The position numbers and the translations under genes are program-made. From Sminthopsis crassicaudata (Eukaryota), in the NCBI RefSeq assembly GCF_048593235.1, contig NC_133617.1, positions 28,481,767 to 28,545,766 on the forward strand: 64,000 nt of DNA, given 5' to 3'. The notes beneath the pieces were generated by a model. The model had not been told where the DNA came from, made no database searches, and saw only the letters and a list, made by a program, of their open reading frames with translations. Shown piece by piece: positions 48,350-59,461 of the stretch. The stretch's first letter is position 1. Each line of letters begins with the position of its first letter.

Positions 48350-49262
48350 GTGAGCAGGGGGCTGGACGGGCGGGGTGGGGGTGGGCACGTCACCTTTTGT
48401 GTGGCCTGGACCTTTGGGCCTATGGACCCCTGCTCTAAATCATGGTTTTAAATGCATAAAAGATTTGTGAGATTATAAAGGAAGTCAGAGGCCATTCTTG
48501 CTTTAAGAAAGTGTACCATTCTGCAGACCTCAAGGGAAAGGAGGTTTCTGGGTAATGAAATTTGCCTTTAGGAGGGAGAGAGACAGGGAGGAGTGTAAAC
48601 ATTGGGGGAGGGAGGAAGAGAGGCAAAGAAGGGTATAAACATAGGGGGCGGGGGAGAGACAGAGAAGGACCCTGGACAGAAAGCAGAGCAGAAGTGAGAG
48701 CAGGAAGAGAAAGGCTGAGCCGGGGCCAACCATGTGGACACCTGGCCTGTACAGAGAGGAAGAACATGGTGGGGGGGGCACAAGGGAGCCAGAGGAGGGG
48801 TACTGGGCAGGGGGACAGGGCAGAGCAAAGGTCTCCTCCCTTGGCTCTGGGGGCTCAGGCCAAGCCCTGGCCTGTCAGCAGCAGTGATGGCAGTCTCTCC
48901 ACGGGGCTGTTCTGCTGCTTTCACTTGGAGGGTTTTGGGGGGCCAGTTTGGGAGAAAGAAGCTATGGAGCCCCAGGCTGGGGGGCAGGAGCACAGTGTCA
49001 TACAGCAGTTAACAGGGTTTTTTAGAGTACAGATTTTTTTCAGAATTCTCTACATAAAGCTGAATTTGTATAATGTGAGTTTACCTAAAGTAAGAACCGT
49101 CTGTATGACAGTTATTCCCATTAAAAAAAAAAAAAAAATCCAGGACCTTGGTTAAGGCCTCGTGGCCCAGGGGAATGAGTCTCCCCTGGGATCGGCCCAG
49201 GAGGGCGGGCTGGGCTTTCCCTCTCAGCTCTCTGACCTCACTTTGTCTCCTTTGCTCCACAG

Positions 49263-49312
49263 CTGGGCAAGTTCACTGGCCTGAAGACAGCCCTGATCCT
49301 TGGGGGAGACAA
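49263..49312 (+). CDS. DDX54: DDX54 exon 5 (50 nt)
   Basis: LGKFTGLKTALILGGD; CAA|GTAAGA. Confidence 0.96.
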
Positions 49313-51741
49313 GTAAGAGCTTCTTCCCTCACGATGTTTGTCCTTTGCCTGTATCTTGGCACGCCTCCTTCGCCTCCTTCCATTTTCCAATACAGACCTA
49401 CCTTGTGACACTGTCCCTGCCTTCCTTAGGAGTCCCAGCTCAGCAGAGTCCAGCAGCCCCTCAGAGAGACTGACTAGCTGGGCAGCGTCCATCCCCCACA
49501 GACACCCCCTCCCCCCATGGGGCCTTCTGTTCTCTAGAAGCCATGTGCCTTTGGAGTCAGGAGAGTCAGGGTTCAAATGCTAGCTCTGCCTTGGAACTGG
49601 CTGTGTGACCCAAGGGGGAGCACTCTCCCACTCTGGGCCTCGGGCCATATGTTAACAGACCGGGTGTGGTATGGACTTTCAAGTCCATGATCTCCTCCCT
49701 GATCCTCAGAATGCGTTTGTGAGGCAGCCAGGGGCAGGATCCCTGTTCTGACCAACCAGGACACTGAGTCCCGGAGCCACGTTGTCATGGTTAGCCAGGA
49801 CCTAGAGGTCACATTGTTCTGCAGTCCGCTCTGGACTGTCTTGTCCCTAGGCTTCTTTCTTCCTCCTGTGCCTTCTTGAACTTTGGAGGCTTGCGTCCTT
49901 CTGGTCCCCTCAGGCCGTCCCCCCAAACCCAAAGCCCCCCGCTCAGAATATCTCAGTAATGGTACTGTGTGCATTTGGGGTGCTTTTAGTTCCAAAGCTG
50001 TCACTCCTGCCTTCTCTGTCCCCGTTCCTTTTCTGGCTCCAAGAGCATCAGTCGGCCCGCTCCTCGAGGCTCTATTAGCCCTGAATTCTGGTTCTGGTGG
50101 ATTGTCTTGGAGATGTTATCTTCTGAAGGTTAGCACAAGCTTTCCCCACTCCTCCTTCCCCCCTCCACACACACAGGGTATGTCCCACCTGGGCCAGGGT
50201 CGCCACCAGTAACTGCCAACCAGTAACCTTGGGGGCAAGGGCAGTGATCCCTCGCCCCTGGCCCCTGAGGCTGCTGGGGGGACCAGAGCTCACTGTGCCT
50301 GCTGCTGTAGTGCTGATGGGTGTGCAGAGCAGAGCTGTCAGGGTTAGTAATCCTCGAAAGTGTAGACCTCATCTGAGCCTGCCTCCCTGTCGTAAGGAAG
50401 AAGGACCCCCAGGTGTGTAGACAGCAGACCTCTGGTGGGATTTGAACCCCAGCTTTCCTGACTGGGGAGAATCAGGAAAAGCTGAGTTAGAATTCTGCCC
50501 CATTTGATTTTCTTTTGTGTTTTTCCAGAATCTCTTCTTGTCATTTTGAAATAATAATGATAAGTGATTTTGTGTAGCTCTTGAAAGATGACAAAGCCTT
50601 TTGCAGATACGGGGTTGGATCCCACAAGACTGCAGCGAGATTCAGCAAGTCAGGGATTGTTACCTCTGGTTTTTAGGAGAACCTGTGGTCTAGCAATTAA
50701 ATGACTTGGTCCCAGTCACACCTGCTGATGTGTCCGCTTTGGGGTTTGGACCTGGTTCTGACTCCTGACATAGTGTGACGTCGCATCTGTGAGGCTGCGC
50801 TGCCGCTGTCCCCGGTGGGACTCAGGGTGGATGCTGTTATTTTGCCTCTGGGCTCCCCTTTCCATCACTGTATCCAAACCTTTTCCATTTTTCTCTGTAG
50901 TTTGTGTTTCTTGTTCCCTGCCAATTTGTTGTCATGATGATAAGTCCTCATGGACCGTGGCCTGTTCTGCCATCCCCAGGGGTCGGCATGTCAGGGTTTA
51001 ATGGCCTAGTGATGTCCTTAGCCTGGTGTGTCAGTAATTGCCTGACTTGCCTCCCCTGCCCACCCTCCCACCTTCGGATCCTCAGAACAGAGGTTGGCAG
51101 AGCCAGACCTTCCAGGGCCACATCCTCTTTACTATTCTCTTGAGAGGGGAACTGCGTTTCCTCCAAGATTGGGTGTTGTAATTAACTGAGTACAGTCGCC
51201 TCTGGCCTGTTTTTTAAAAAGTATAGAGACTGTTGTCATTTTGTGTGTGCGCTGTTACAGGTTTCTGCTGCTCCTTTGATTCTCATTCTGTGGGGTTTGT
51301 CTGGTCCTAAAAGTCACGTAGTAGACGGCAAAGCCCAGGTCCTAGAGCACCAAACCCGGCGCTCTTTCCACCGTCTCCTACTCTTGCCTCCAGTTTTAGA
51401 GAATTGGCTGGAACACGGAGTGGTTGAGACATCTCCCGAGGGTGCCCCGGCCAGCATGTGGCAGGGACAGGACTTGGGCCCTGCCTCTCATTGTAGAAGG
51501 CACAGCAGGAGCCACCTCTTCGGGATCTACTGTCCTGCCTGCTTCTCCTAGGCAGCGACCCTCATTCTTGGGGACGGTTGGCTTTCTGTAAAGCTTGTGG
51601 GGTTTCCGTTCCTTACCATGCAACATCCTTGGTGCTGCTGTAGGCTTACTGACCACCCTTAGAGCCCTGTTTCAGTGTGCAAGTGAAATGAGGGCAGAAT
51701 TGGGCGGCGCAGAGAGAACGGACAAAAGGTGCTGGAAGAAA

Positions 51742-51922
51742 NNNNNNNNNNNNNNNNNNNNNNNNNNNNNNNNNNNNNNNNNNNNNNNNNNNNNNNNNNN
51801 NNNNNNNNNNNNNNNNNNNNNNNNNNNNNNNNNNNNNNNNNNNNNNNNNNNNNNNNNNNNNNNNNNNNNNNNNNNNNNNNNNNNNNNNNNNNNNNNNNNN
51901 NNNNNNNNNNNNNNNNNNNNNN
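51742..51922. other. Assembly gap (181 N) in DDX54 intron 5
   Basis: Run of N; no coding exon appears to be missing because frame and motifs are continuous. Confidence 1.
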
Positions 51923-52494
51923 GAAGAAAAATGGTAGAGAAGAGATAATAAATCATACAGTTCTTGGGACTGACCACCAGGTGGCACACTCAGCCTGGCA
52001 CAGCTTGGTTGCTGCCTTGAGCCTAGTAGTGAGAGAAAAGCCTGAGCTCTGGATGTGGGCAGGGCGGCGGTGTGTTTAGGTGTGGAGTGTTTAGGGTGTG
52101 ATTATCCACTTTGAGTTCCTTAGTCTGGGATCTATCTCACCCCTTCTTGAACTTCTTTATGTATTTAGCCCGGATTCTTTTGGGGCTACATTTATCCCCT
52201 ATATCCAGGGTCTTTATTTTAGGCTGCTTATCTCCTCGCCACCCTGAGGGTGGCGAGGCTTAGGTTTCAGGGGCATCATGGGATTGAAGATCAAGGACTG
52301 GAAGTTACCCCAGAAGCCCCTCGGTGTCAGTCGTTTTACATTTGAGGAATAAATATCAGAATCAGGCCTTGAACCCAGAACTCTAAAGCCAGTTCTTTAC
52401 CCAGGATATTTGGCTCCAGAGGATCCCTTGTCAGGGTTGGTGCCATGTGCTCTTCCTGCCATGACACGGAGGCTTCCTTTTCTCTTTTCTACAG

Positions 52495-52536
52495 GATGGA
52501 AGACCAGTTTGCAGCCCTGCATGAGAACCCAGATAT
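52495..52536 (+). CDS. DDX54: DDX54 exon 6 (42 nt)
   Basis: MEDQFAALHENPD; ttttctacag| and TAT|GTGAGT. Confidence 0.96.
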
Positions 52537-52672
52537 GTGAGTATGCAGAGCAAGGAGGAAGTCTTCAGACTCCTCCCTGCCAGACAGCTTTGGGTTTGGG
52601 GTTGGAGAGGGAAAGGGAGGGCTGGGAGGGGCAGGGGTTCCCGGGGTGATGGAGGGTGCTGTCCCATTGCAG

Positions 52673-52768
52673 AATCATCGCCACCCCTGGGCGCCTGATG
52701 CACGTGGCCGTGGAGATGAACCTGAAACTGCACAGTGTGCAATACGCTGTCTTTGATGAGGCGGACAG
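52673..52768 (+). CDS. DDX54: DDX54 exon 7 (96 nt), motifs Ib and II (DEAD)
   Basis: [31 protein letters not shown]. Confidence 0.98.
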
Positions 52769-53229
52769 GTGAGGCGGCCTGGGCATTGGGGATCCTTGGG
52801 GAGAGAGGAGAATTAGGGCACCCTCGCTTCACCACGGGCCTTGTCCCTTTCTCATCATGACAGGCCCGTGTGTCTTTCACTGTCAAGTTTGCAGGGAGCT
52901 TTTGTGCCTGTCCCATGTGACCCTGTGGTAGAGAGGGCAGGGATGATTATTTCCATTTTTCTCACGAGATTGAAGAGAGCTGGCCAAGGACCTAGCTGCT
53001 CCTAGAACCCCCAGCATCCTTCAAGGCACAGCTCAAATGCAGCCTCACTGATCCCTCACAAGCCCCCCTGTGTGTGACCGTCCTGCGTAATCCTAGCCCC
53101 TGAGGGGAGGGGCTTTGTCCTCCCCGCACTTAGTGGGTGCTTAATCAATGCGCTGCTGCCCAGCCCACCTATGACCTGGCTGAGTGCCAGAGGCCGGCCG
53201 CCTCATTTGCTCTGCCCCTCTTGTTCCAG

Positions 53230-53351
53230 GTTGTTTGAAATGGGCTTTGCCGAGCAGCTGCAGGAAATCATTAGCCGCCTTCCTGAGGACCACCAAACCG
53301 TGCTCTTCTCTGCCACGCTGCCGAAACTCCTCGTGGAGTTTGCCCGTGCCG
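53230..53351 (+). CDS. DDX54: DDX54 exon 8 (122 nt), motif III (SAT)
   Basis: [14 protein letters not shown]...[16 protein letters not shown]. Confidence 0.98.
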
Positions 53352-53569
53352 GTGAGCCCCTCGTCTGCTCCCTGGGCTCCCCTTGTTGTGAGCCTCCTTT
53401 GGGGGGAAAGGAAGCACGTGGGGAAAGGAGGTTCCCGGCTGGCCTGGGGCTTCCCCGAGGACATGACGTGCTGTGACGCACTGAGCATCCATTCTGCCCC
53501 CCTCCTTGATGGCCCCCTCGCCCACCCCCCAGCCCTCCACCTCCATCTTCACTCCCTGTTTTCCCCTAG

Positions 53570-53631
53570 GTCTCACAGAGCCGGTGCTGATCCGTCTCGA
53601 TGTGGACACCAAACTCAACGAGCAGTTGAAG
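53570..53631 (+). CDS. DDX54: DDX54 exon 9 (62 nt)
   Basis: LTEPVLIRLDVDTKLNEQLK. Confidence 0.97.
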
Positions 53632-54114
53632 GTGAGGTCCTCGGCTCTGCCCAGCGCTTCTCACACCTCTCTTGGAGGTAAAACCCCCTAGCTCCGGGCC
53701 AGGCTGGCCTCTCCGGCCTCCTGGGCTTCCTCTGAGCTCCTGCAGGGAAGAACAGAGAAGGGCTTTCTGTGGCAGGACAGAGGCCCAGTCTGGGCCCATG
53801 GCGGGGATGAACGACCCCTTACCCATCAAGCACTTGATAATTTACATATTATCATCATGCTTTTTATCTCATTTGAGCTTGAATCCACCTGCCCTGGTGG
53901 ATGAGGAACTTGAGCCTGGAATACCTGGTTCAGGTCCTGTCTGTGCCACGTGTTGGCTGGTGCTCTGGGCAGCTCCAAGTGGCCAAGGAGAGGCTGGCCC
54001 TGACGGCCCTCACAGGCTCCTTTATCCTTCACCAGAGCACGGGGACATGGGGGGGGGACTTGGCCGGGTGGGGGACTCCCCCTTTGATGCTCATGCTCCC
54101 TTCCCACATCTTAG

Positions 54115-54246
54115 ATGGCCTTCTTCCACATCCGTGAGGACGACAAGCCGGCCGTGCTCCTCCACCTCCTGCGCAATGTCGTGCGGCCCCAGGACCAGAC
54201 CGTGGTCTTTGTGGCCACAAAGCACCACGCGGAGTACCTCACAGAG
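54115..54246 (+). CDS. DDX54: DDX54 exon 10 (132 nt), motif IV
   Basis: [19 protein letters not shown]...[17 protein letters not shown]. Confidence 0.97.
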
Positions 54247-54942
54247 GTGAGGGGCCGGAGCCCCGGAGGGACCCCTCCTGCTCAGTCCTGGGCAACGGGA
54301 GGCATTCCCCAGCAGCACCAGCAGGGGGCAGGCACCCCCTCCTTGGCACAGTCCCCTCCTCTCCCCACTGGGAAGCCAGGGCACGTTGGGCTGACCTCCT
54401 GGATAGATGGGGGCAGAAGTAGCTCTGTGTGTAACCCACAGGTGCACCCGTATGTCACATGTGTCTGCCTTGCATGTGTGGGTGTCAGTTCTGTGGGTGT
54501 TTCCCACATGGGCGTGCACACATACAGCGCCCACTGCCATACGCACGTAGGTTCCATGTGCCCACATGTAATATTTAACATGTACCATCCATGCTGGGTG
54601 TGTATCTTTAATATACGTACATTTACATATGTATGTATATACACATGCATCCATACACAGCCGTACCATGACACTTTGTGATCTTTGCCTGTACTATGTG
54701 TTCCCTACCCCTGCTTCCCCATCCCCTCCCCCCAGGGGATAACGAGCCCCTTGAGGAAGAGACTGCCTCAGTTGTGTGTTTGTATTCTATAGCATAGTCC
54801 TGGGCCACAACGGCTGTTTAGTAACCGGTTGTTGGTCAATTTATCGGCTGTTTCTTGGGGGTTTGGATGGGAAATGGGGATCGCTGTGTCCCTGTTCTGT
54901 AGCCAGCCCCTCCCCCTGCCATGTTTCTCTCGCCTCCCTCAG

Positions 54943-55153
54943 CTGCTGACAACTCAGGGTGTGTGCTGCACCCACATCTACAGCTCCCTCGACCAGACGG
55001 CACGCAAGATCAACCTGGCCAAGTTTGTGCACCGCAAATGCTCAGCCCTCATCGTCACTGACGTGGCCGCCCGGGGCCTGGACATCCCGCTGCTGGACAA
55101 CGTGATCAACTATAACTTCCCTGCCAAGAGCAAGCTCTTCCTGCATCGAGTGG
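54943..55153 (+). CDS. DDX54: DDX54 exon 11 (211 nt), motif V and start of motif VI
   Basis: LLTTQGV...[20 protein letters not shown]...LFLHRV. Confidence 0.98.
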
Positions 55154-55533
55154 GTGAGTGCTAGCCTGGCAGCCCTGCCCTGAGGGTTTGTGCTCTAAGC
55201 CCCCCTGACACCCCCTGTTTTAGGCCCCCTCCCCCCCCAACCCTGACCTTTTATATTCTCAAGACCTGTTGGGAGAGCTAGGGGTTATCTCTGGGGCAGC
55301 CAAGGAGCCCATTAAGAGCAGCTGAGACTCTCATTCACATGTCCCTCTTAACTTTGCATCTCTGACTCTGTTGTCCCCCAGCTGGGTCTCTGAACCCACA
55401 CTGGGCAGAAACCATTTTTACCAATGGGGAGCCTGAGGTGACTTGCCCAGGGCCGGGCAGCCCAAGTGCAGAAAGGCCTGAGTGCTCGCTCAGGCTCCCT
55501 TGTGACGACTGCCTCTCTCTTTTCCTTCTGCAG

Positions 55534-55668
55534 GGCGTGTGGCCCGTGCGGGCCGAAGTGGCACCGCATATTCCCTGGTGGCCCCCGATGAGGTGCCCTA
55601 CGTCTTTGACCTTCACCTCTTCTTGGGCCGCCCCCTCGTCCTCGCCAGGCCCAACGAGAAGCCCTCAG
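55534..55668 (+). CDS. DDX54: DDX54 exon 12 (135 nt), end of motif VI
   Basis: [32 protein letters not shown]...EKPS; weak donor CAG|GTTGCC. Confidence 0.94.
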
Positions 55669-56054
55669 GTTGCCGGGCCTGGGTCTGGGGGCTAGTGGGA
55701 CCCCAAAGTGGAGAAGGAGCTTGGGATGGGACTGAGAAAGAAAGAAGGGAGTGACTTACTCAGGTATCATAGAGCAACAGATCTGGGGCAAGATTTGAAC
55801 TCAGGTCTTTGGTACCATTAGTACAGAACTGGAGAGGCCGCTGGCATTGAAGTCACAAAGGCCTGAGTTCCAGTCCTCCCTTAGTAAATGACTTTGGGCA
55901 AATCACTTCCCCCCGTCTGCCTCAGTTTCCTCATTAGTAAAGTGAAGAGTTGGATCCAGGGGTCTCCTGGCTCCCTTTCAGCTCTGGCAGTTGGGGCTGG
56001 GTTGCCTGGGGGCTGGGTCGGGTATGGGCCTCCTGAATCCCAGAATTCCCCCAG

Positions 56055-56282
56055 ATGCCTCTCCGGATGGCGTTCTGGGCCGTGTGCCTCGGAACGTGGT
56101 GGACGACGAGGAGTGCCGCCTGCTCACGGATCACGACGGCTCCTCGGAGCTCCAGAGCCTGCGCCGCGTGGCCGAGAATGCCCACAAGCAGTACAGCCGC
56201 TCTCGGCCGGGGCCCTCCCCAGAGTCCATCAAGAGGGCCAAGGACCTGGACCCCACTCTCCTGGGCCTGCACCCCCTCTTCA
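56055..56282 (+). CDS. DDX54: DDX54 exon 13 (228 nt)
   Basis: [16 protein letters not shown]...[14 protein letters not shown]...GLHPLF. Confidence 0.95.
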
Positions 56283-56371
56283 GTGAGTGCCCACCACAGT
56301 TCCTGGGGGGGGGAGCCCCAGGCTGGGCAGCATGGGCTCCTCTGACAGGCTTCCTCTCTGCCCACCTCCAG

Positions 56372-56445
56372 GCTCCCAGTTTGAGGACGAGGAGTTGGAG
56401 AGAATGAAGCTTGTGGACAGCATCAAGAACTACCGCTCCCGGGCT
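56372..56445 (+). CDS. DDX54: DDX54 exon 14 (74 nt)
   Basis: [24 protein letters not shown]; GCT|GTAAGT. Confidence 0.96.
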
Positions 56446-57855
56446 GTAAGTGAGACGGCCCAGCCTGGTGGGAGGGTCCGGGGACAGGGCCTGGGGAAGA
56501 TCCAGGAGTATCTGGGGGGAGGGCCCAGAGGGAGGGCCTAAGGATACTGAGGCCCACAGTGCTTTCAGAGACAGAACTCGGGGCTGTCTGCTTCCAGGCA
56601 CATGTGGCAAGCAGACCCCAGAAGCAGCTCCATGGTCCCTCTCCTTAGTCCTCAGCCCCCTCGTTCCCATCCCTTTTCATCTCAGCCTCAGCTCTTGGAT
56701 TGCATCTGGATGGGCTCCTGGAGGCCCCGGGGTCCAACCCTCATTTGTTGTTCAGAGAGACCCATGACCTGCCCAAGGCCACACAGCTGGGCATTTTTAC
56801 CCGATGTTCAGGAGCTTGTCCCTCCTGCCCAACAAGCATCAAAGATAGATGTTTGTACAAACTCTTTTTAGTTGAATATGCTCCAAGTTACCCATTTTGC
56901 ATTTCCTGGTGTCCTCTAGTTCTTCTCTGGCCACAAATTTTTCCCTCCCCCCAGATCTAAGAGGTAGATGTCCCTTGTCCTGATTTGCCTAAAGTATTGC
57001 TGTCATGTCTAACTCACGAGCCACCCCCTGGTGCTCGGTGTGGCCCAGGGCCCAGCCTCTGCCGTCCTCTTCCAGTTTTCCCAGCAGTTCTTGTCAGAGA
57101 GTCCCGGAAGCCGGAGTCCAGGTCTTTCAAGCACTAGATGACTAATGTCACTGACATTGTGACTCGTGAGCCTAACCTGCCTCACTGATCCACTGCTCTG
57201 CTCCTTAGCCGGACCAGTGTCACGGTCATCCAAACCGTGAGCGACAAACACATTAAAACAAAAGGCACTTGAGTCAAAGCAACAAATACGTTACTGGAGA
57301 CTAGCAGTGTATGCAGTATTCCACTCCTATAGGCCCCTGCCCATCAGACTTTGAGCTAAGAAAGGCCGTCAGGGCTAGAGATGGGGAAACTGAGGCACAG
57401 AGAGCTTGAGTGAGGGTGTGAAGTCACACTTAGGGTTGGGATCCTGTCTCCTGGGCCGTGCTTTTCCAGCTCTTCCTGGGGGCCTAACTTGGTCTTAAAT
57501 TCCTTGGTGCCCGCCTTTATTTTTTTTATATGGAGGGATGTTTTCCTGATTCTCGCCACTATAGGCAGCCAGTGTCGTGCCTGGAGAGCTGGCCTGAGTC
57601 AGGAGGATGGGGTTCCAGTCCCATCTTGGATACATCCTGGCTTGGTGACCCCCATCAAGCCCATGAACTTCCCAGCACCCCCAGGCATTTCTTTGACCAG
57701 TCCGCATTGATTAAACACTTACTGTGTGCCAGGAATACAAATAGGGAGGAGACCAGAGCTGTAGATGGAGTCAGTCATGGGGGCCTCCCTGGAGGAGGCC
57801 AGCCCCACCCTAGCCCACACAGGAGCAGAATCAGGGATTTTCTTCCTTGCTGCAG

Positions 57856-58053
57856 ACCATCTTTGAGATCAACACCACCACCCGGGACCCGGGCAGCCAG
57901 GTGATGCGGGCCAAGCGGAAACGGGACCACAAGGCCATTGCCAAGTTCCAGCAGGGGCAGCAGGAGCGGCAGCAGGCCCAGCCTGGCCCGGCTCCCTGCC
58001 TGCCCACAAGCCAGGAGCCGCAAGAGGAGCCGGAGGAGGAGCAGGATGTGGAA
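57856..58053 (+). CDS. DDX54: DDX54 exon 15 (198 nt)
   Basis: [21 protein letters not shown]...EEEQDVE; weak donor GAA|GTGGGG, so the exact 3' end is less certain. Confidence 0.85.
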
Positions 58054-58524
58054 GTGGGGGCTGTTATGTAGGGGACTGGTGGGGGGAGGTGGGGGGTGGG
58101 GCCCAGGACAGCCCGAGCCCCAGACACACAGCCACTAACCCTCTGAAAAGGGGCATAGGAATAGCAGCTGCCTCCCCAGGGGTGTCTCAGCAGACGAGAT
58201 CCGACCTGCCCAATCCTTTGTAACCTTGAGGTCCGGAGGCCTCGCACTCGGCACCTGGGGGGCTGAGCACAGGAGGCGCTTAATACAAGTTTGTCCTGCC
58301 GTTCCTCTGCCCTGTCAGCTCCGGCCTCCTAGTCTGGCTGGGGGGGGGGGGGGGCAGATAGGAAGGGAAGCTGAGGCTCAGAGAGAGGGGCTCCTGGGAG
58401 CTGGCAGCAAAGGGGCGTCACTGAGGAGACCCATGTCCACGGGGCAGAGCGGAGTCACGGGGAGGGAGCGCCGAGCTGGGGGGGGGGGGTTGGCGCTCAG
58501 CCCGGCTCCGGTCCTCCTCCCCAG

Positions 58525-58667
58525 GAGGCCTTCACCCAGGTGCTGGGCCCGAAGAGACGGGGGTCCCCAGCACAGGGCCAGGCGAAGAAGCGGAAGGGGG
58601 CGCCCCAGCAGCGGCAGGAGGAGTTCTATGTGCCCTACCGGCCCAAGGATTTTGACAGCGAGCGGGG
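58525..58667 (+). CDS. DDX54: DDX54 exon 16 (143 nt)
   Basis: [11 protein letters not shown]...[16 protein letters not shown]. Confidence 0.95.
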
Positions 58668-58780
58668 GTGAGCGGCGCAGCTGGAGGGGGGGGGTCAGAT
58701 GGGTGGGGGCAAAGGGGCACTACCAAGGAGGAGAGGTGCCACCCTTTGCCCACGCCACAAGCCCTATTCTCTCCCCTCAG

Positions 58781-58894
58781 CCTGAGCATCGGGGGGGAGG
58801 GCAGTGCCTTCGAGCAGCAGGCGTCCGGAGCCGTCCTTGACCTCATGGGCGACGAGGCCCACAACCTCACCAAGAGCCGGCAGCAGCTGAAATG
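58781..58894 (+). CDS. DDX54: DDX54 exon 17 (114 nt), DBP10 C-terminal region
   Basis: [37 protein letters not shown]. Confidence 0.96.
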
Positions 58895-58997
58895 GTAAGG
58901 AGGGGAAGGGGGAGTAATGAGGGGGGGGGGGAAGGGGAGAAGTCGTGCCCCAAGAAGACGCCCAGCTCTGCCTCCTCTCCCCCTCCTTGGCCTCCAG

Positions 58998-59102
58998 GGA
59001 CCGTAAGAAGAAGCGGTTTGTGGGGGCCACGGGCCAGGAAGACAAGAAGAAGATAAAGACGGAGAGCGGCCGGTACATCAGCAGCTCCTATAAGAGGGAC
59101 CT
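58998..59102 (+). CDS. DDX54: DDX54 exon 18 (105 nt)
   Basis: [34 protein letters not shown]; followed by a U12-type donor. Confidence 0.96.
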
Positions 59103-59351
59103 GTATCCTTTCCTCCTGTGGAGGGGTGGGGTGGGGCTAGTCCCCAGGATGGGGGGGGGCTTCCCCTCTGGAGGTGGTCCAGGTGGACTGTGCCCCCTCC
59201 CCTCTGGTGGTCTTGAGTGAGTGAGACCCTTCCTGCACTCTTCTCCCCCGCCTCGGTTTCCCCATCTGCAAAATGAGGGAGGGGTCTGACCAGCTGGTCC
59301 CCAAGGCCCCCTCAGCTCTAGCCCTGTGGCCTCCTTAACCACTGACCTCAG
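59103..59351 (+). other. DDX54: U12-type (minor spliceosome) GT-AG intron, DDX54 intron 18 (249 nt)
   Basis: 5' splice site GTATCCTTT; branch site TCCTTAAC at 59332-59339, ending 12 nt before the acceptor junction; no polypyrimidine tract. Confidence 0.95.
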
Positions 59352-59461
59352 CTATCAGAAGTGGAAGCAGAAGCACAAGATTGGCGACCGGGACTCAGAT
59401 GAGGAGAATGAGGGAGGCGCCAGGAGGCAGGGCTGGAATCGGGGCCGTGGCCGGGGCCGAG
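59352..59461 (+). CDS. DDX54: DDX54 exon 19 (110 nt)
   Basis: YQKWKQKHKIGDRDSDEE...NRGRGRGR; GAG|GTGAGA. Confidence 0.95.
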
